Assembly: GCA_963831005.1 (NCBI GenBank)
Contig: CAWHOW010000019.1
Location: forward strand, 250,000 to 313,999
DNA length: 64,000 nucleotides
From: an uncultured Bacteroidota bacterium
Lineage (GTDB): Bacteria; Bacteroidota; Bacteroidia; Bacteroidales; CG2-30-32-10
Direction: 5' to 3'
The notes below the pieces were generated by a model. That model did not search any database, had not been told where the DNA came from, and saw only the letters and a program-made list of their open reading frames with translations. Below, piece after piece: positions 38,900-50,008 of this stretch; the stretch's first letter is position 1, and the number at the start of each line of letters is the position of its first letter. The position numbers were made by a program, and so were the translations under genes.

Positions 38900-41269
38900 A
38901 TGTTAAGGAGATTACTTTTTGCGATTACTCTTATGTTCCTGTGCTTTTGCCAAACTTACTCTCAGCAGGTAGCAAAATATACCATTAGCGGCTATGTGAA
39001 AGATTCAACTTCCGGTGAATACCTGATGGGTGCTAATGTGTACATGAAAGAAAACATGAAAGGCACACAGACAAATCAGTACGGGTATTTTTCCCTTACA
39101 ATGGAAAAAGGCTCTTATACTTTTATTGTTTCTTTTATGGGGTATAATGATTTTGCTGAAAAAATAAACCTAGATAAGAATTTAAAGATAAATACCTTTT
39201 TGCAGGAAAAGGTGATAACAAAGAAAGAACTTGTTATTACCGGCATCAAAGATGACAAGAATACATCAAGCATTGATATGGGCAAAGTGCAGATGGATGT
39301 GGAGAAAATAAAAACACTGCCCGCATTCATGGGCGAAGTGGATGTATTGAAAACCATACAGCTTACTCCTGGTGTGCAAAATGCCGGCGAAGGGAACAGC
39401 AGCTTTTATGTGAGGGGAGGTGGGCCAGATCAAAACCTTATCCTGCTTGATGAAGCTGTGGTGTATAATGCATCGCACCTGTTTGGTTTCTTTTCGGTAT
39501 TTAATTCGGATGCCGTTAAAAACATTGACCTTACAAAAGCAGGGATGCCTGCTAACTATGGTGGACGTTTAGCATCTGTACTTGATATCTCTATGAAAGA
39601 AGGGAATAGTAAGCAATTGCAGGTAGATGGCGGGATAGGTTTGATTGCTTCAAGGTTAACCATTCAGGGACCGATAAAGCATGATACCAGTTCTTTTATT
39701 ATTTCAGCCAGAAGAACCTATATTGACCTTCTTGTTAAACCATTTGTAAAAAAATCTTCACCATTTTACGGGACAGGTTATTATTTCTACGATTTAAATG
39801 GAAAAGTAAATTACAGGATTTCAGACAAAGACAGGATTTTCCTGAGCGGATACCTTGGGCGCGATATCTTTTCACTGGATGATAATGAACAGGGCATAGG
39901 TTTTACTAACTCAATATCATGGGGTAATTCTACGGGCTCATTAAGGTGGAATCATGTATTCGGACCTAAACTGTTTTCAAACACTTCATTGATTTATAGC
40001 AATTATAAATCTATGTTTGATGCTAGCCAAAGTGGATATGTGATAAATCTTGTTTCGGGTATTACTGATTATAATGCCAAAACAGATTTCACTTTATTTC
40101 CCAATTCAAGAAACACCTTTAAGTTCGGGGCTGCATACACTTTTCATATCTTTACACCAAACAATGCCACAGCCCAAACCAGTGGCACATCTCTTAATTT
40201 GGGTACTCCGGTAAAGTTATATTCAAATGATGCTGCCGCTTATATAAATGATGAATATGATTTAACTGATAAGATTAAAATTGATGTCGGCGCACGATAT
40301 ACTTTTTTTGAATTTGTTGGTCCTTATGACCGTTATGTTGAGAATGCTTTGGGAAATATTGTTGATACCATTCATTACGGAAAGAATCAAAAAATTACAG
40401 CATATAACCACGTTGAACCAAGATTAAGTTTCCGTTACGAGTTAGATAAACAATCATCTGTCAAAGCCTCTTTTACCGAGAACTATCAATACATTCATCT
40501 TGTTTCGTTGTCGGATGTTTCATTACCAATTGATGTGTGGGTTCCATGCACAGAGATAGTGAAACCACAATTCGGCACACAATACTCGCTGGGATATTTC
40601 AGGAATTTCGTGAACAATGAATTCGAAACTTCCGTTGAAGTTTATTACAAAGACATGGAAAACCAGATTGCTTTTAAAGAAGGCGCTGAACCGGAAGACA
40701 ATTTAAACAACAACATTGATAATAATTTTACTTTTGGCAGGGGATGGTCGTATGGCGCTGAATTCTTCATCAATAAGAAAGCAGGGAAGTGGACTGGATG
40801 GATCGGTTATACATTGTCGTGGACCAAAATGAACTTTCCCGATTTAAATTTTGGTGAAACATTCTGGGCTAAGTATGATAGAAGGAATGATATTTCTCTT
40901 ATCCTTTCGTATGAACTTAACAGTAAATGGACATTTTCCGCTATCTTTGTGTATGCAACCGGAAATGCCATGACTTTCCCTATTGGAAGATATTTTCTTG
41001 AAGATAATGTTGTAGATGAATATGGACCCATAAATGGCGACAGGATGCCGCCCTATGACAGATTGGATATTTCTGCAACATACACTAGAAATAAGAATAA
41101 GAAATTCCATTCAAGCTGGAACTTTTCAATATATAATGTTTACGACCGTTATAATCCATATTATATTTACTTATCAACAACAGCCCAGGGGCAAACAATA
41201 ATTACACAGACAGTACAGGTTTCGCTGTTCCCGATATTACCTTCGGTAACATGGAACTTTAAATTTTAA
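38900..41269 (+). CDS. TonB-dependent outer-membrane receptor with an N-terminal carboxypeptidase-regulatory-like domain
   Basis: It has a signal peptide, a CarbopepD_reg-like block (YTISGYVKDSTSGEYLMGANVY), a plug domain, a long beta-barrel, and the aromatic C-terminal residue (..TWNFKF). Confidence 0.85.
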   Translation: MLRRLLFAITLMFLCFCQTYSQQVAKYTISGYVKDSTSGEYLMGANVYMKENMKGTQTNQYGYFSLTMEKGSYTFIVSFMGYNDFAEKINLDKNLKINTFLQEKVITKKELVITGIKDDKNTSSIDMGKVQMDVEKIKTLPAFMGEVDVLKTIQLTPGVQNAGEGNSSFYVRGGGPDQNLILLDEAVVYNASHLFGFFSVFNSDAVKNIDLTKAGMPANYGGRLASVLDISMKEGNSKQLQVDGGIGLIASRLTIQGPIKHDTSSFIISARRTYIDLLVKPFVKKSSPFYGTGYYFYDLNGKVNYRISDKDRIFLSGYLGRDIFSLDDNEQGIGFTNSISWGNSTGSLRWNHVFGPKLFSNTSLIYSNYKSMFDASQSGYVINLVSGITDYNAKTDFTLFPNSRNTFKFGAAYTFHIFTPNNATAQTSGTSLNLGTPVKLYSNDAAAYINDEYDLTDKIKIDVGARYTFFEFVGPYDRYVENALGNIVDTIHYGKNQKITAYNHVEPRLSFRYELDKQSSVKASFTENYQYIHLVSLSDVSLPIDVWVPCTEIVKPQFGTQYSLGYFRNFVNNEFETSVEVYYKDMENQIAFKEGAEPEDNLNNNIDNNFTFGRGWSYGAEFFINKKAGKWTGWIGYTLSWTKMNFPDLNFGETFWAKYDRRNDISLILSYELNSKWTFSAIFVYATGNAMTFPIGRYFLEDNVVDEYGPINGDRMPPYDRLDISATYTRNKNKKFHSSWNFSIYNVYDRYNPYYIYLSTTAQGQTIITQTVQVSLFPILPSVTWNFKF

Positions 41270-41278
41270 TAAATTAAT

Positions 41279-42154
41279 ATGAGCAGGAAACCATTATCAA
41301 TATTGACAACTACAGGATTGTTTATTCTGATAATATTATCTTCATGCGAAAAGGATATTAAATTAAATTTACCTAATGCGCCGCAAAAGATAGTTGTGGA
41401 AGGCTGGATAGACCTGAATAACTACTCGATTGTAATGTTAACGAAAACCCTTCCTTTTTTTGGCACTATTGATTCGGCAATGATAGTAAACCTTATTATA
41501 CAGGATGCAACTGTTATTGTTTATGATGGTTTCTCGTATGATACTTTAATCAAAACGTACAATTTTAATTATTTTCCTTATATTCAATATGTAGGGACTA
41601 AAATAAAAGGTGTGGCTGGAAGAACATATACGCTTACCGTTAAAGATGAAGGGAAAACATTAACTGCAACTACAACCATACCTCCTCCAATACCCCTCGA
41701 CAGTGCATGGTTTAAGGTTCAACCCGGTGAAGACAGTCTTGGTTACGTCTGGGCAACATTTACTGATCCCACTTCCCTAGGTCATTATTACAGGATTTTT
41801 ACTCAAAGATTATCCATTGATAAAATCTATATCCCTGTTTTAGGCTCTGTTTACGATGATAAGTTTTTTACAGGGCAAACACTTACATTCTCCTTAATGA
41901 GAGGACCTTCATCTAATATATCGTCAACTACCGATCCTGAGGCAGGCTATTATTGTAAAGGGCAGACTATTGCAGTAAAAACATGTTCTATTGACCAGAC
42001 GCAATATAATTTTTGGCGGAGCGCTGAAAACGAGATTTACGGAGGCGGAAATCCCTTCATAAATCCTTCGCAAATACCGACTAACATAAATGGCGGCGGG
42101 CTTGGTGACTGGTGCGGATATGGATGTTCTTTTGATACTGTTGTTGCAAAATAA
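41279..42154 (+). CDS. DUF4249-like lipoprotein (partner of the preceding TonB-dependent receptor)
   Basis: It has a lipoprotein signal (..ILSSCEKD). Its size and position immediately after a TonB-dependent receptor match DUF4249 family loci in Bacteroidota. Confidence 0.55.
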   Translation: MSRKPLSILTTTGLFILIILSSCEKDIKLNLPNAPQKIVVEGWIDLNNYSIVMLTKTLPFFGTIDSAMIVNLIIQDATVIVYDGFSYDTLIKTYNFNYFPYIQYVGTKIKGVAGRTYTLTVKDEGKTLTATTTIPPPIPLDSAWFKVQPGEDSLGYVWATFTDPTSLGHYYRIFTQRLSIDKIYIPVLGSVYDDKFFTGQTLTFSLMRGPSSNISSTTDPEAGYYCKGQTIAVKTCSIDQTQYNFWRSAENEIYGGGNPFINPSQIPTNINGGGLGDWCGYGCSFDTVVAK

Positions 42155-42172
42155 AAATTCTAATAAATAGAG

Positions 42173-43187
42173 ATTATATAAGTTAGGGTTTCAATAACGC
42201 AAAGTTAAAACAATTAACAATAGGATGTCTATAAATATAGAGCATGCTAAAACAAACAAGTCCAAAATATCTTCAGATTTGTAGTATGAAATATAAAGAG
42301 CTACAAGAAAAACCGAAGCAATTTGAAAGCCTATGCGGGCCTAGCGTTGAAGCATTTGAAGCACTTAACGAAAAATTTTCTGTTGTATATGAAAATTACT
42401 TTTCACATTTCACATTCGATGGGAAAGAGCGTGAAAGACCTAAGTTGAAAAGGAGTGATAATGTATTTGAAAGTAGTGGCGAATCTCTATTTTTTCTGTT
42501 AAGCTATATAAAAAACAATCCTTTGCAGGAATATCATGCGGCCCAATATAGTTTATCACAGCCGCAGGCAAATATTTGGATACACTTATTGACAAGATTA
42601 TTAAGAAATACGCTTGATGGAAATAAAAATTTACCAGCCCGCAGCAATAAAGAATTAATTTATGTATTAAAAGATGTTCCGAAAGTATTTATAGATGGCA
42701 CTGAAAGACCCGTACAACGTTCGACAGATTATCAAACACAAAAGGATCACTTTAGTGGTAAAAAAAAAGCATTGTGTAAAAAATAATATGATTACCTCTC
42801 CACAGCACGAGGTACTATACTTAAGTGAGACTTATGAAGGAAGCGTACACGATATAACCATCGTCAAAGAAGAAGATTGGCAATTTCCTGAAAATATCAT
42901 AGTCTATCAGGATACCGGTTTTCAAGGGCATGCACCACATAATGTTTTGTTGATGCAACCCTTAAAAAAACCAAAAGGGAAAGAACTAACGAAGGAACAA
43001 AAAAACAATAATAAACAGGTATCTTCCATCAGAGTCATCGTGGAGCACACTATTGGGAAAGTTAAAATATTTAGAATCGTGAAGGATACAATTAGAAACT
43101 GGAAACAGGGATTCAGGGATATTGTTATGGAAATTTGCTGTGGGCTAAATAATTTTAAAGTCACATTTGAAAACTAACTTATATAAT
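42173..43187 (+). mobile_element. IS5-family-like (DDE_Tnp_4 / Harbinger-type) insertion sequence, about 1.0 kb, with 14-bp terminal inverted repeats ATTATATAAGTTAG. The transposase is split at an A9 run.
   Basis: The inverted repeat lies at 42173-42186 and in reverse complement at 43174-43187, extending imperfectly to about 22 bp. ORFs 42244..42786 and 42695..43177 overlap at ggtaaaaaaaaagc (42758-42766). Joined, they give a roughly 310-aa DDE_Tnp_4-like protein (..IDGTERPVQRS..FSGKKK..). Confidence 0.65.
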
Positions 43188-43201
43188 GTCTAATATATAC
43201 A

Positions 43202-44152
43202 ATGAACACAATTACTGAAAAAACAAAATGCCTTATCATTGGTTCTGGACCTGCCGGTTATACAGCAGCTATCTATGCAGCAAGGGCCGACCTTAAACCT
43301 GTCCTATATCAGGGTATGCAACCTGGAGGACAGTTGACTATAACAACTGAAGTGGAAAATTATCCGGGTTATCCCGGCGGAGTCCTTGGCCCTGCGATGA
43401 TGGAAGATTTCCAGAAACAGGCAGCTCGTTTTGAGGCTGATTTACGTTGGGGGAATGTTACTGAAATCGATTTTTCCAAAAGACCTTTTACAATAAAAGC
43501 TGACGATGGCAAAACAATTGTTGCAGAAACCGTTATAATAGCCACTGGCGCTTCGGCTATGTGGCTGGGTATTGAGAGTGAAGCTAAATTCAGCGGATAC
43601 GGTGTTTCTGCTTGTGCTACCTGTGATGGATTCTTTTTCAAAGGAAAAACTGTTGCTGTAGTAGGTGGTGGCGATACTGCTGCCGAAGAAGCCACCTATC
43701 TTGCTCATCTGTGCAAAAAGGTTTATTTAATACACAGGCGTGACGAATTACGGGCAACTAAGGTTATGCAGGCTAAAGTATTTAATACTCCAAATATCGA
43801 AATGGTATGGAATAGCATTCCTAAAGAAATAGTTGGTAAGGAAGATGGCTTTATTAAAACCGTGAATGGGGTTATATTAAATAACACTAAAACGAATGAG
43901 GAGAGCAAACTTGATATTGACGGGATATTTATTGCAATAGGACACAAGCCAAATTCAGATCTTTTTACCGGAAAACTTGAGCTTCATCCAAATGGTTATA
44001 TTAAAACTGAAGCGGGTACAACCAAAACAAGTGTTGCAGGAGTATTTGCCGCTGGCGATATACAGGATCATTATTACCGTCAGGCTGTTACTGCTGCAGG
44101 AAGCGGTTGTATGGCTGCCATTGAAGCTGAAAGGTTTCTTTCAGCATTGTAG
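43202..44152 (+). CDS. trxB: Thioredoxin-disulfide reductase
   Basis: It has the FAD motif GSGPAGYTAAIYAAR, the redox-active CATCDGFF, and the NADPH motif GGGDTAAEEA. Confidence 0.95.
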   Translation: MNTITEKTKCLIIGSGPAGYTAAIYAARADLKPVLYQGMQPGGQLTITTEVENYPGYPGGVLGPAMMEDFQKQAARFEADLRWGNVTEIDFSKRPFTIKADDGKTIVAETVIIATGASAMWLGIESEAKFSGYGVSACATCDGFFFKGKTVAVVGGGDTAAEEATYLAHLCKKVYLIHRRDELRATKVMQAKVFNTPNIEMVWNSIPKEIVGKEDGFIKTVNGVILNNTKTNEESKLDIDGIFIAIGHKPNSDLFTGKLELHPNGYIKTEAGTTKTSVAGVFAAGDIQDHYYRQAVTAAGSGCMAAIEAERFLSAL

Positions 44153-44180
44153 AAATATTGAAATTTTCTTTAAGGAGACT

Positions 44181-44975
44181 TTATTTATTGTTGATACGTT
44201 CTTTATCCTGAATTTTTCTGATAACTAATGTAACTAATTTCCTTGGAGTAAAACGAATAGACCAAACCATTAGCTTATTCAAACAACCGGGAATTGAAAG
44301 TATTTTCCCATTCATCATTCGTTTATAACCAAACTGAGCAACATAGATTGAAGTTTTAGGCTTGAATGTCTTGAAAAGCTTTGAGCCTTCAAGAGAAGCA
44401 GCCGATACAAAACCTGTATCAGTTGGGCCAGGACATAATGCGCTTATTGTAACACCCGTTCCTTTGATTTCGTTTGCGATGGCATAAGTAAATGAAAGCA
44501 CAAATGCTTTGGTGGCATAATATATGGACATCAGTGGTCCCGGTTGAAATGCAGCCGTTGATGCAACATTCATTATTCTTCCATTTCCGGAATTGATCAT
44601 TGCAGGGAGAAATAAACGTGTAAGCTTTGACAATGCAAGGATGTTCAGGTTTATCATTTGCTCCTGCTTTTGCCAGTCGCATTCTGCAAATGCTCCATAA
44701 TCGCCAAAACCTGCATTGTTTATTAGAATATCAATTGCAATATCTTCTTTCTTTAATTGTTCAAAAACTTTTGTTGGAGCTTTGGGAATAGAAAGGTCGA
44801 TAGCTATTATAGAAACATTAATACCAAAATCCTTTTCAAAAGAAATTTTAATTTCTTTCAGCTTGTCTTCACTTCTTGCTATCAGTACAACGTTATGTTT
44901 ATCTTTTGCAAGTATCTTTGCAAGTTCAAAACCTATACCACCTGAAGCGCCTGTAATTAATGCATAGTTTTCCAT
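44181..44975 (-). CDS. SDR-family short-chain dehydrogenase/reductase
   Basis: It has TGASGGIGFELAK (the TGxxxGxG motif), NNAG, and a YxxxK catalytic pair (YYATK). Confidence 0.85.
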   Translation of the reverse strand: MENYALITGASGGIGFELAKILAKDKHNVVLIARSEDKLKEIKISFEKDFGINVSIIAIDLSIPKAPTKVFEQLKKEDIAIDILINNAGFGDYGAFAECDWQKQEQMINLNILALSKLTRLFLPAMINSGNGRIMNVASTAAFQPGPLMSIYYATKAFVLSFTYAIANEIKGTGVTISALCPGPTDTGFVSAASLEGSKLFKTFKPKTSIYVAQFGYKRMMNGKILSIPGCLNKLMVWSIRFTPRKLVTLVIRKIQDKERINNK

Positions 44976-44981
44976 AATATA

Positions 44982-47243
44982 TTATGATTTCATTAAAGCA
45001 GGAATAACATTTTCATATATCTTCCTGGCATCTTCAACTTTCCCGAAAGATACATCATCAACCAGCATTTCTTTTCCAATAACTTCTCCAAGAATGATCA
45101 ATGGAACTTTGCTTTCTTCCATTACTTCAAGAAAATCGTCTTCATCCTTTTCAGTAACTGTAACAACAACCCTTCCCTGTGATTCACCAAACAGGAATGC
45201 ATCGCCACGTATTTCAGCATCGGTAATAATATCAAAGCCTAGGTTCCTGTGCATAGCAGATTCGAAGAGAGTAACAAAGAGGCCGCCATCGGATACATCA
45301 TGGGCAGAGTTTATAAGTCTTTTCTTTATAAGGTTGAGAATGGTTTGGTGCAAAGTATATTCTTCTTCTATATTGAAATAAGGAGGCGGAGAAAGCTTTA
45401 CTTTATGCCAAGTATAGAGATATTCAGAACAGGAGATATCATTATGTGATCTCCCAAGTAGGTATATCTTGTCATGTTGCTGTTTGAAATCCATTGTCAT
45501 TTGCAGCTTTTTGTCTGGAAGTATTCCCAACATTCCAATGACAGGGGTAGGGAATACAGGTTCCACATGGTTTTCCATTGCTGTCTGGTTGTAGAAGCTG
45601 ACATTACCTCCTGTAACGGGTGTTTTATATTTTAAGCATGCTTTACTCATACCTTTAATAGCGCCTACAAACTGCCAGTAAACTTCAGGATGATAAGGAT
45701 TGCCAAAATTCAAACAATTGGTTATGGCAGAAGGTTCGCCACCTGCACAAACAATATTGCGTGCAGCTTCTGAAACAGCAATCTCACAACCAATCTGAGG
45801 ATCGGCATGTACATAACGCGAATTACAATCGGTAGTGAGAACAATAGCTTTATTCGTTCCTTTTATGTTCACTACAGCAGCATCCGACATTGCATTAGTT
45901 GTCATATTCTTTGTGCCAACCATAGTGTCATACTGTTCAGTTACCCATTTCTTAGAAGCAATAGATGGCTGTTTCAAAAGGAAATAAGCAATTTCTTTTA
46001 AGTTCTTTGGTTCTTTAACATCATCAATATTGAATTTCTTTGTCTGAGCATAGTAGGCTGGTTCTTTATATTCTCTTATATAGACAGGAGCTCCTCCACC
46101 AAGAACAAGTGATTCAGCAGGAACATCAGCAACAAGTTCACCATGCCAATGGAATTTCAATCGTTCGCCTTTGGTAACTTCCCCAATCTGAACACAATTC
46201 AGATCCCATTTATCAAATACATCCTGTACATCTTTCTCTCTTCCCTTCTGAACAATTACAAGCATACGCTCCTGCGATTCGGAAAGAAGTATTTCCCATG
46301 GTTCCATTTCAGTCTGGCGTAAAGGAACTTTATCAAGCCAGATGATCATACCATGTTCGCCTTTAGCTGACATTTCGGAAGTGGAACAAATAATACCAGC
46401 TGCACCCATATCCTGCATGCCCACTACTGCACCTGTTTTTATCACATCAAGTGAAGCTTCGAGTAATAGTTTTTCCTGAAAAGGGTCGCCTACCTGCACC
46501 GAAGGAAGCTTTTCAGAAGTGGTTTCTGAAATATCTTCTGAAGCAAATGTTGCTCCATGTATGCCATCTTTTCCAGTACTTGAACCAACAATAAAAACAG
46601 GGTTTCCGACGCCTTTTGAAGTAGCGGAAACAACCCCACCTTCTTTCACTATTCCTACAGACATGGCATTTACCAGTGGATTCACATTATAGCAATCATC
46701 GAAATAAACTTCACCTCCCACAACAGGAACACCAAAAGCATTACCATAATCACCTATACCTTTAACAACACCTTTCAGCAACCATTTCGTTTTTTCCAAT
46801 TCAATATTCCCGAAACGAAGTGAATTCAACTGGGCAATTGGTCTTGCACCCATAGTGAAAATATCACGGTTGATACCGCCAACTCCTGTAGCTGCCCCTT
46901 GATAAGGTTCAATGGCCGAAGGATGATTATGTGATTCAATTTTAAAACAACAACCTATACCATCGCCAATATCGACTAAACCGGCATTTTCCTCACCTGC
47001 TTTTGCAAGCATGTGAGGACCATCTTTTGGTAATGTTTTAAGCCAGTGAATAGAATTCTTATAAGAACAATGCTCCGACCACATTACTGAATACAAACTA
47101 AGCTCTGTGAAATTAGGATTGCGCCCTAATACTTTCTTTATTTTTTCATACTCTTCGGGTAATAATCCCAGCTTCTTTGCAGCTTCTAAATTGGCTGCTA
47201 TGGTTTTAGTTGCCATTGATAATGTCTTTATTTTAATGGACAA
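44982..47243 (-). CDS. purL: Phosphoribosylformylglycinamidine synthase subunit PurL (FGAM synthase II)
   Basis: 753 aa with duplicated AIR-synthase-related domains ([21 protein letters not shown]), the typical PurL length and motifs. Confidence 0.9.
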   Translation of the reverse strand: MSIKIKTLSMATKTIAANLEAAKKLGLLPEEYEKIKKVLGRNPNFTELSLYSVMWSEHCSYKNSIHWLKTLPKDGPHMLAKAGEENAGLVDIGDGIGCCFKIESHNHPSAIEPYQGAATGVGGINRDIFTMGARPIAQLNSLRFGNIELEKTKWLLKGVVKGIGDYGNAFGVPVVGGEVYFDDCYNVNPLVNAMSVGIVKEGGVVSATSKGVGNPVFIVGSSTGKDGIHGATFASEDISETTSEKLPSVQVGDPFQEKLLLEASLDVIKTGAVVGMQDMGAAGIICSTSEMSAKGEHGMIIWLDKVPLRQTEMEPWEILLSESQERMLVIVQKGREKDVQDVFDKWDLNCVQIGEVTKGERLKFHWHGELVADVPAESLVLGGGAPVYIREYKEPAYYAQTKKFNIDDVKEPKNLKEIAYFLLKQPSIASKKWVTEQYDTMVGTKNMTTNAMSDAAVVNIKGTNKAIVLTTDCNSRYVHADPQIGCEIAVSEAARNIVCAGGEPSAITNCLNFGNPYHPEVYWQFVGAIKGMSKACLKYKTPVTGGNVSFYNQTAMENHVEPVFPTPVIGMLGILPDKKLQMTMDFKQQHDKIYLLGRSHNDISCSEYLYTWHKVKLSPPPYFNIEEEYTLHQTILNLIKKRLINSAHDVSDGGLFVTLFESAMHRNLGFDIITDAEIRGDAFLFGESQGRVVVTVTEKDEDDFLEVMEESKVPLIILGEVIGKEMLVDDVSFGKVEDARKIYENVIPALMKS

Positions 47244-47342
47244 ATGTAATCAACTAAAATTTCCTGCATAAAAAATGAAATGCATTTTTATCAACAGTAC
47301 TTAATCTTCAGAATTAATTATCTTTGAATCGAAATTACCATT

Positions 47343-48653
47343 ATGGAATACCTGTTAACACTATTATACACCCTTGTTTTTATTACTATTCTTTGGATGA
47401 TTCCGTTCTACAAAGTGGAAGGACTATCAAAGAAAGCAATATCGGCAATATTTGTGGTTAAAGTCTTTGCAGGTATTGTGATGAGCCTGATTTATACTTA
47501 TTATTATACAGAAAGAAATACAGCAGATATTTTTAAATATTTTGATGATAGTAAAATAATGTATGATGCTCTCTATAAAAAGCCTCTTGACTTTTTAAGC
47601 ATGATGACTGGGATTGGAAACAACAGTGCATACTTTGATGTGCATTATTACAAGGTGATGAATAACTGGTACAGGGTTTATGAAAGCAATATCTATAACG
47701 AAAGTCATACTATTATCCGTTTTAATGCTTTGGTAAGGATATTCTCGTTCGGTTATTATAATGTTCATACTGTTTTTGTATGTTTCCTTTCGCTAACTGG
47801 ACTTGTTGCGCTATATAAAATCGCTATCAGGTTTATACTAAACAAAAGCAAAGAACTTATATTCGGAATATTCCTTCTGCCTTCGGTAATCTTTTGGGGT
47901 TCTGGTGTAATGAAAGAAGGCCTTTTGTTCTTCGGGCTTGGAATGCTGGTATATCATTTCATTAAAGTACTTGAAAAGTTCAATTATGGATCTTTATTTT
48001 GGATTATCTTTTCAGTAGCCCTAATCTATTTCACCAAATTCTATGTACTGGCCATTATAGTCCCTGTTATGATCGCTTATTTATGGGTTAATAAGACCAA
48101 CAATAAGTATATTCTCTTAAAATACATCACTGTTTTTGTTCTATACATTACTGCGGGCTTGATGATTAAACATATTTCTCCTGCATTTGATGCTATAGAT
48201 ATACTTGTTACCAAACAAAGAGATTTTATTGGTCTTGCACGTTCACTTAATTCAGGTAGCCTGATAAATATTGCTGTTCTTACTCCAGATGTATGGAGTT
48301 TTATTATACATGCGCCCCAGGCATTGTTTATTACTATGTTTCGCCCATTTATTACTGAAGCAAATTCCATTCTGATATTAATGGCGGCTCTGGAGAATTT
48401 TATTATACTGATTGTACTTGCACTTGCATTAATATTCTTCAGCAAGAGGCAGATCAACTTCAATGTCTTTTATGCTTGTCTTTTTGGTGTTATCTGCATG
48501 TTTATTTTGACCGGACTGATCACACCGGTTATGGGTGCTATGGTAAGATATAAAGTGCCTGCGCTGCCTTTTCTGATGGTGATTTTAATTATGCTGATCG
48601 ATAAAGAGAAAATGATAAAACGTTTGCCTTTTATGAAATTCTTAAATAAATGA
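47343..48653 (+). CDS. Polytopic integral membrane protein of unknown function
   Basis: 436 aa with at least 10 predicted hydrophobic helices. No catalytic motif recognised. Confidence 0.5.
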   Translation: MEYLLTLLYTLVFITILWMIPFYKVEGLSKKAISAIFVVKVFAGIVMSLIYTYYYTERNTADIFKYFDDSKIMYDALYKKPLDFLSMMTGIGNNSAYFDVHYYKVMNNWYRVYESNIYNESHTIIRFNALVRIFSFGYYNVHTVFVCFLSLTGLVALYKIAIRFILNKSKELIFGIFLLPSVIFWGSGVMKEGLLFFGLGMLVYHFIKVLEKFNYGSLFWIIFSVALIYFTKFYVLAIIVPVMIAYLWVNKTNNKYILLKYITVFVLYITAGLMIKHISPAFDAIDILVTKQRDFIGLARSLNSGSLINIAVLTPDVWSFIIHAPQALFITMFRPFITEANSILILMAALENFIILIVLALALIFFSKRQINFNVFYACLFGVICMFILTGLITPVMGAMVRYKVPALPFLMVILIMLIDKEKMIKRLPFMKFLNK

Positions 48654-48690
48654 AATTGGGCAAATTTGATTTGATAAAGTTTTTAAGTGA

Positions 48691-48838
48691 GATTCCTCAC
48701 TTTGTTCGGAATGACATGTTTGATTGATTAGTAATAGGAGAAGGTGCGGCGATTTGCCAATAGCAAATCGCCGCACCTTCTCCCATAATAAAATATATAA
48801 ATTGTCATTCCGAATGCAACATAGTGGAATGAGGAATC
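48691..48838. repeat. MITE-like nested-hairpin repeat element, copy 2. It has the same outer inverted repeats as 10549..10699 and a different GC-rich inner hairpin.
   Basis: The outer arms are gattcctcactttgttcggaatgaca .. tgtcattccgaatgcaacatagtggaatgaggaatc. The inner hairpin is ggtgcggcgatttgc caatag caaatcgccgcacc. It explains ORF 48642..48851. Confidence 0.8.
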
Positions 48839-48880
48839 TAAAAAATGACAAATATTAATTTGAATTATATAAGTTGATAA

Positions 48881-49645
48881 ATGAAAGCAAAGAAAACCAT
48901 ACTGATTACAGGTGCTACATCGGGTATAGGCAAAGCCTGTGCTGAGAAATTTGCTGCCTGCGGTTGCAATATTATTATTACGGGCAGAAGAATAGAACTG
49001 CTTGAAAAACTTGCAGATAAGCTAAAGAAGCAATATAATACAAATGTTTTTTGCAGCAGCTTCGATATAAAGGAAGCTGAGCAGGTAGCATTGGCGTTAT
49101 CTACACTTCCAAGCAGATTGAAAAACATAGATGTGCTAATTAATAATGCAGGCCTTGCTGTCGGGCTTAATACTATTGATAAAGGAATAATCGACGATTG
49201 GGAACGCATGATAGATACCAATATTAAAGGCTTGCTTTATATTTCGAGGAAGATAATTCCAATGATGGTTGAAAGAGGCAAGGGGCATATTATCAATATT
49301 GGGTCAGTTGCGGGCAAGGAAGTATATATGAACGGCAATGTGTATTGCGCCACTAAGCATGCTGTGGATGCCCTTACAAAAGGTATGCGCATTGACCTGC
49401 TTCAGCACGGGATCAAAGTTACGGCGGTTCACCCCGGAGCGGTAGAAACCGAGTTTTCGCTTGTCCGTTTTAAAGGCGATAAAAAGGCTGCCGAAAATGT
49501 ATATAAAGGTTTTAAGCCCTTAACCGGCGCTGATGTTGCCGAAGTGGTATATTATGTAACCACTCTGCCTGAACACGTAAACATTAACGATGTTATAGTT
49601 ACCCCCACCGCCCAGGCTAATGCCACTTATACTTTTAAGAAGTAA
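48881..49645 (+). CDS. SDR-family NAD(P)-dependent oxidoreductase (YdfG-like)
   Basis: It has TGATSGIGKACAEKF, NNAG, and YCATK. Confidence 0.85.
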   Translation: MKAKKTILITGATSGIGKACAEKFAACGCNIIITGRRIELLEKLADKLKKQYNTNVFCSSFDIKEAEQVALALSTLPSRLKNIDVLINNAGLAVGLNTIDKGIIDDWERMIDTNIKGLLYISRKIIPMMVERGKGHIINIGSVAGKEVYMNGNVYCATKHAVDALTKGMRIDLLQHGIKVTAVHPGAVETEFSLVRFKGDKKAAENVYKGFKPLTGADVAEVVYYVTTLPEHVNINDVIVTPTAQANATYTFKK

Positions 49646-49685
49646 GCTTTTTATACAGGCACTGGATTGCATGGGTATTTTAAAG

Positions 49686-49890
49686 AAATGCAACATTCTA
49701 CCTTGAAAGTGCTAAACTTTAGGAAGAAAATGCAATACTCTTATATAAAAGAGCAATACTTTGCCAATAAAATACAACACTTTTAGAAGAAAATGCAATA
49801 CTTTACCAATAAAATGCAACATTATTACAAGGATGTGCAATTTCATTACATGGATGTAGCATTTTTATACTTTGACATGCAAGAGTATTG
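49686..49890. repeat. Imperfect tandem direct repeats (roughly 45-bp units) built around (a)aaatgcaa(c/t)a(c/t)t
   Basis: The copies are gaagaaaatgcaatactc, aataaaatacaacact, gaagaaaatgcaatactt, aataaaatgcaacatt, ggatgtgcaattt, and ggatgtagcattt. Confidence 0.6.
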
Positions 49891-50008
49891 GAATGAAATT
49901 GAAGGTAATTATGAGGAAAGGGATTTTTTTTAACTTTGTAAGTAGATATATGATGAGTATAGATAAAAAATTTTGAAAAAAAGATGAAAACTTTATAACT
50001 TAGTAGCT

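Noticed and set aside
38560-38900. A second tRNA or a tmRNA next to tRNA-Pro
   Set aside because: Only one cloverleaf (38677-38750) can be folded. The rest is an AT-rich promoter for the TonB-dependent receptor plus a terminator hairpin.
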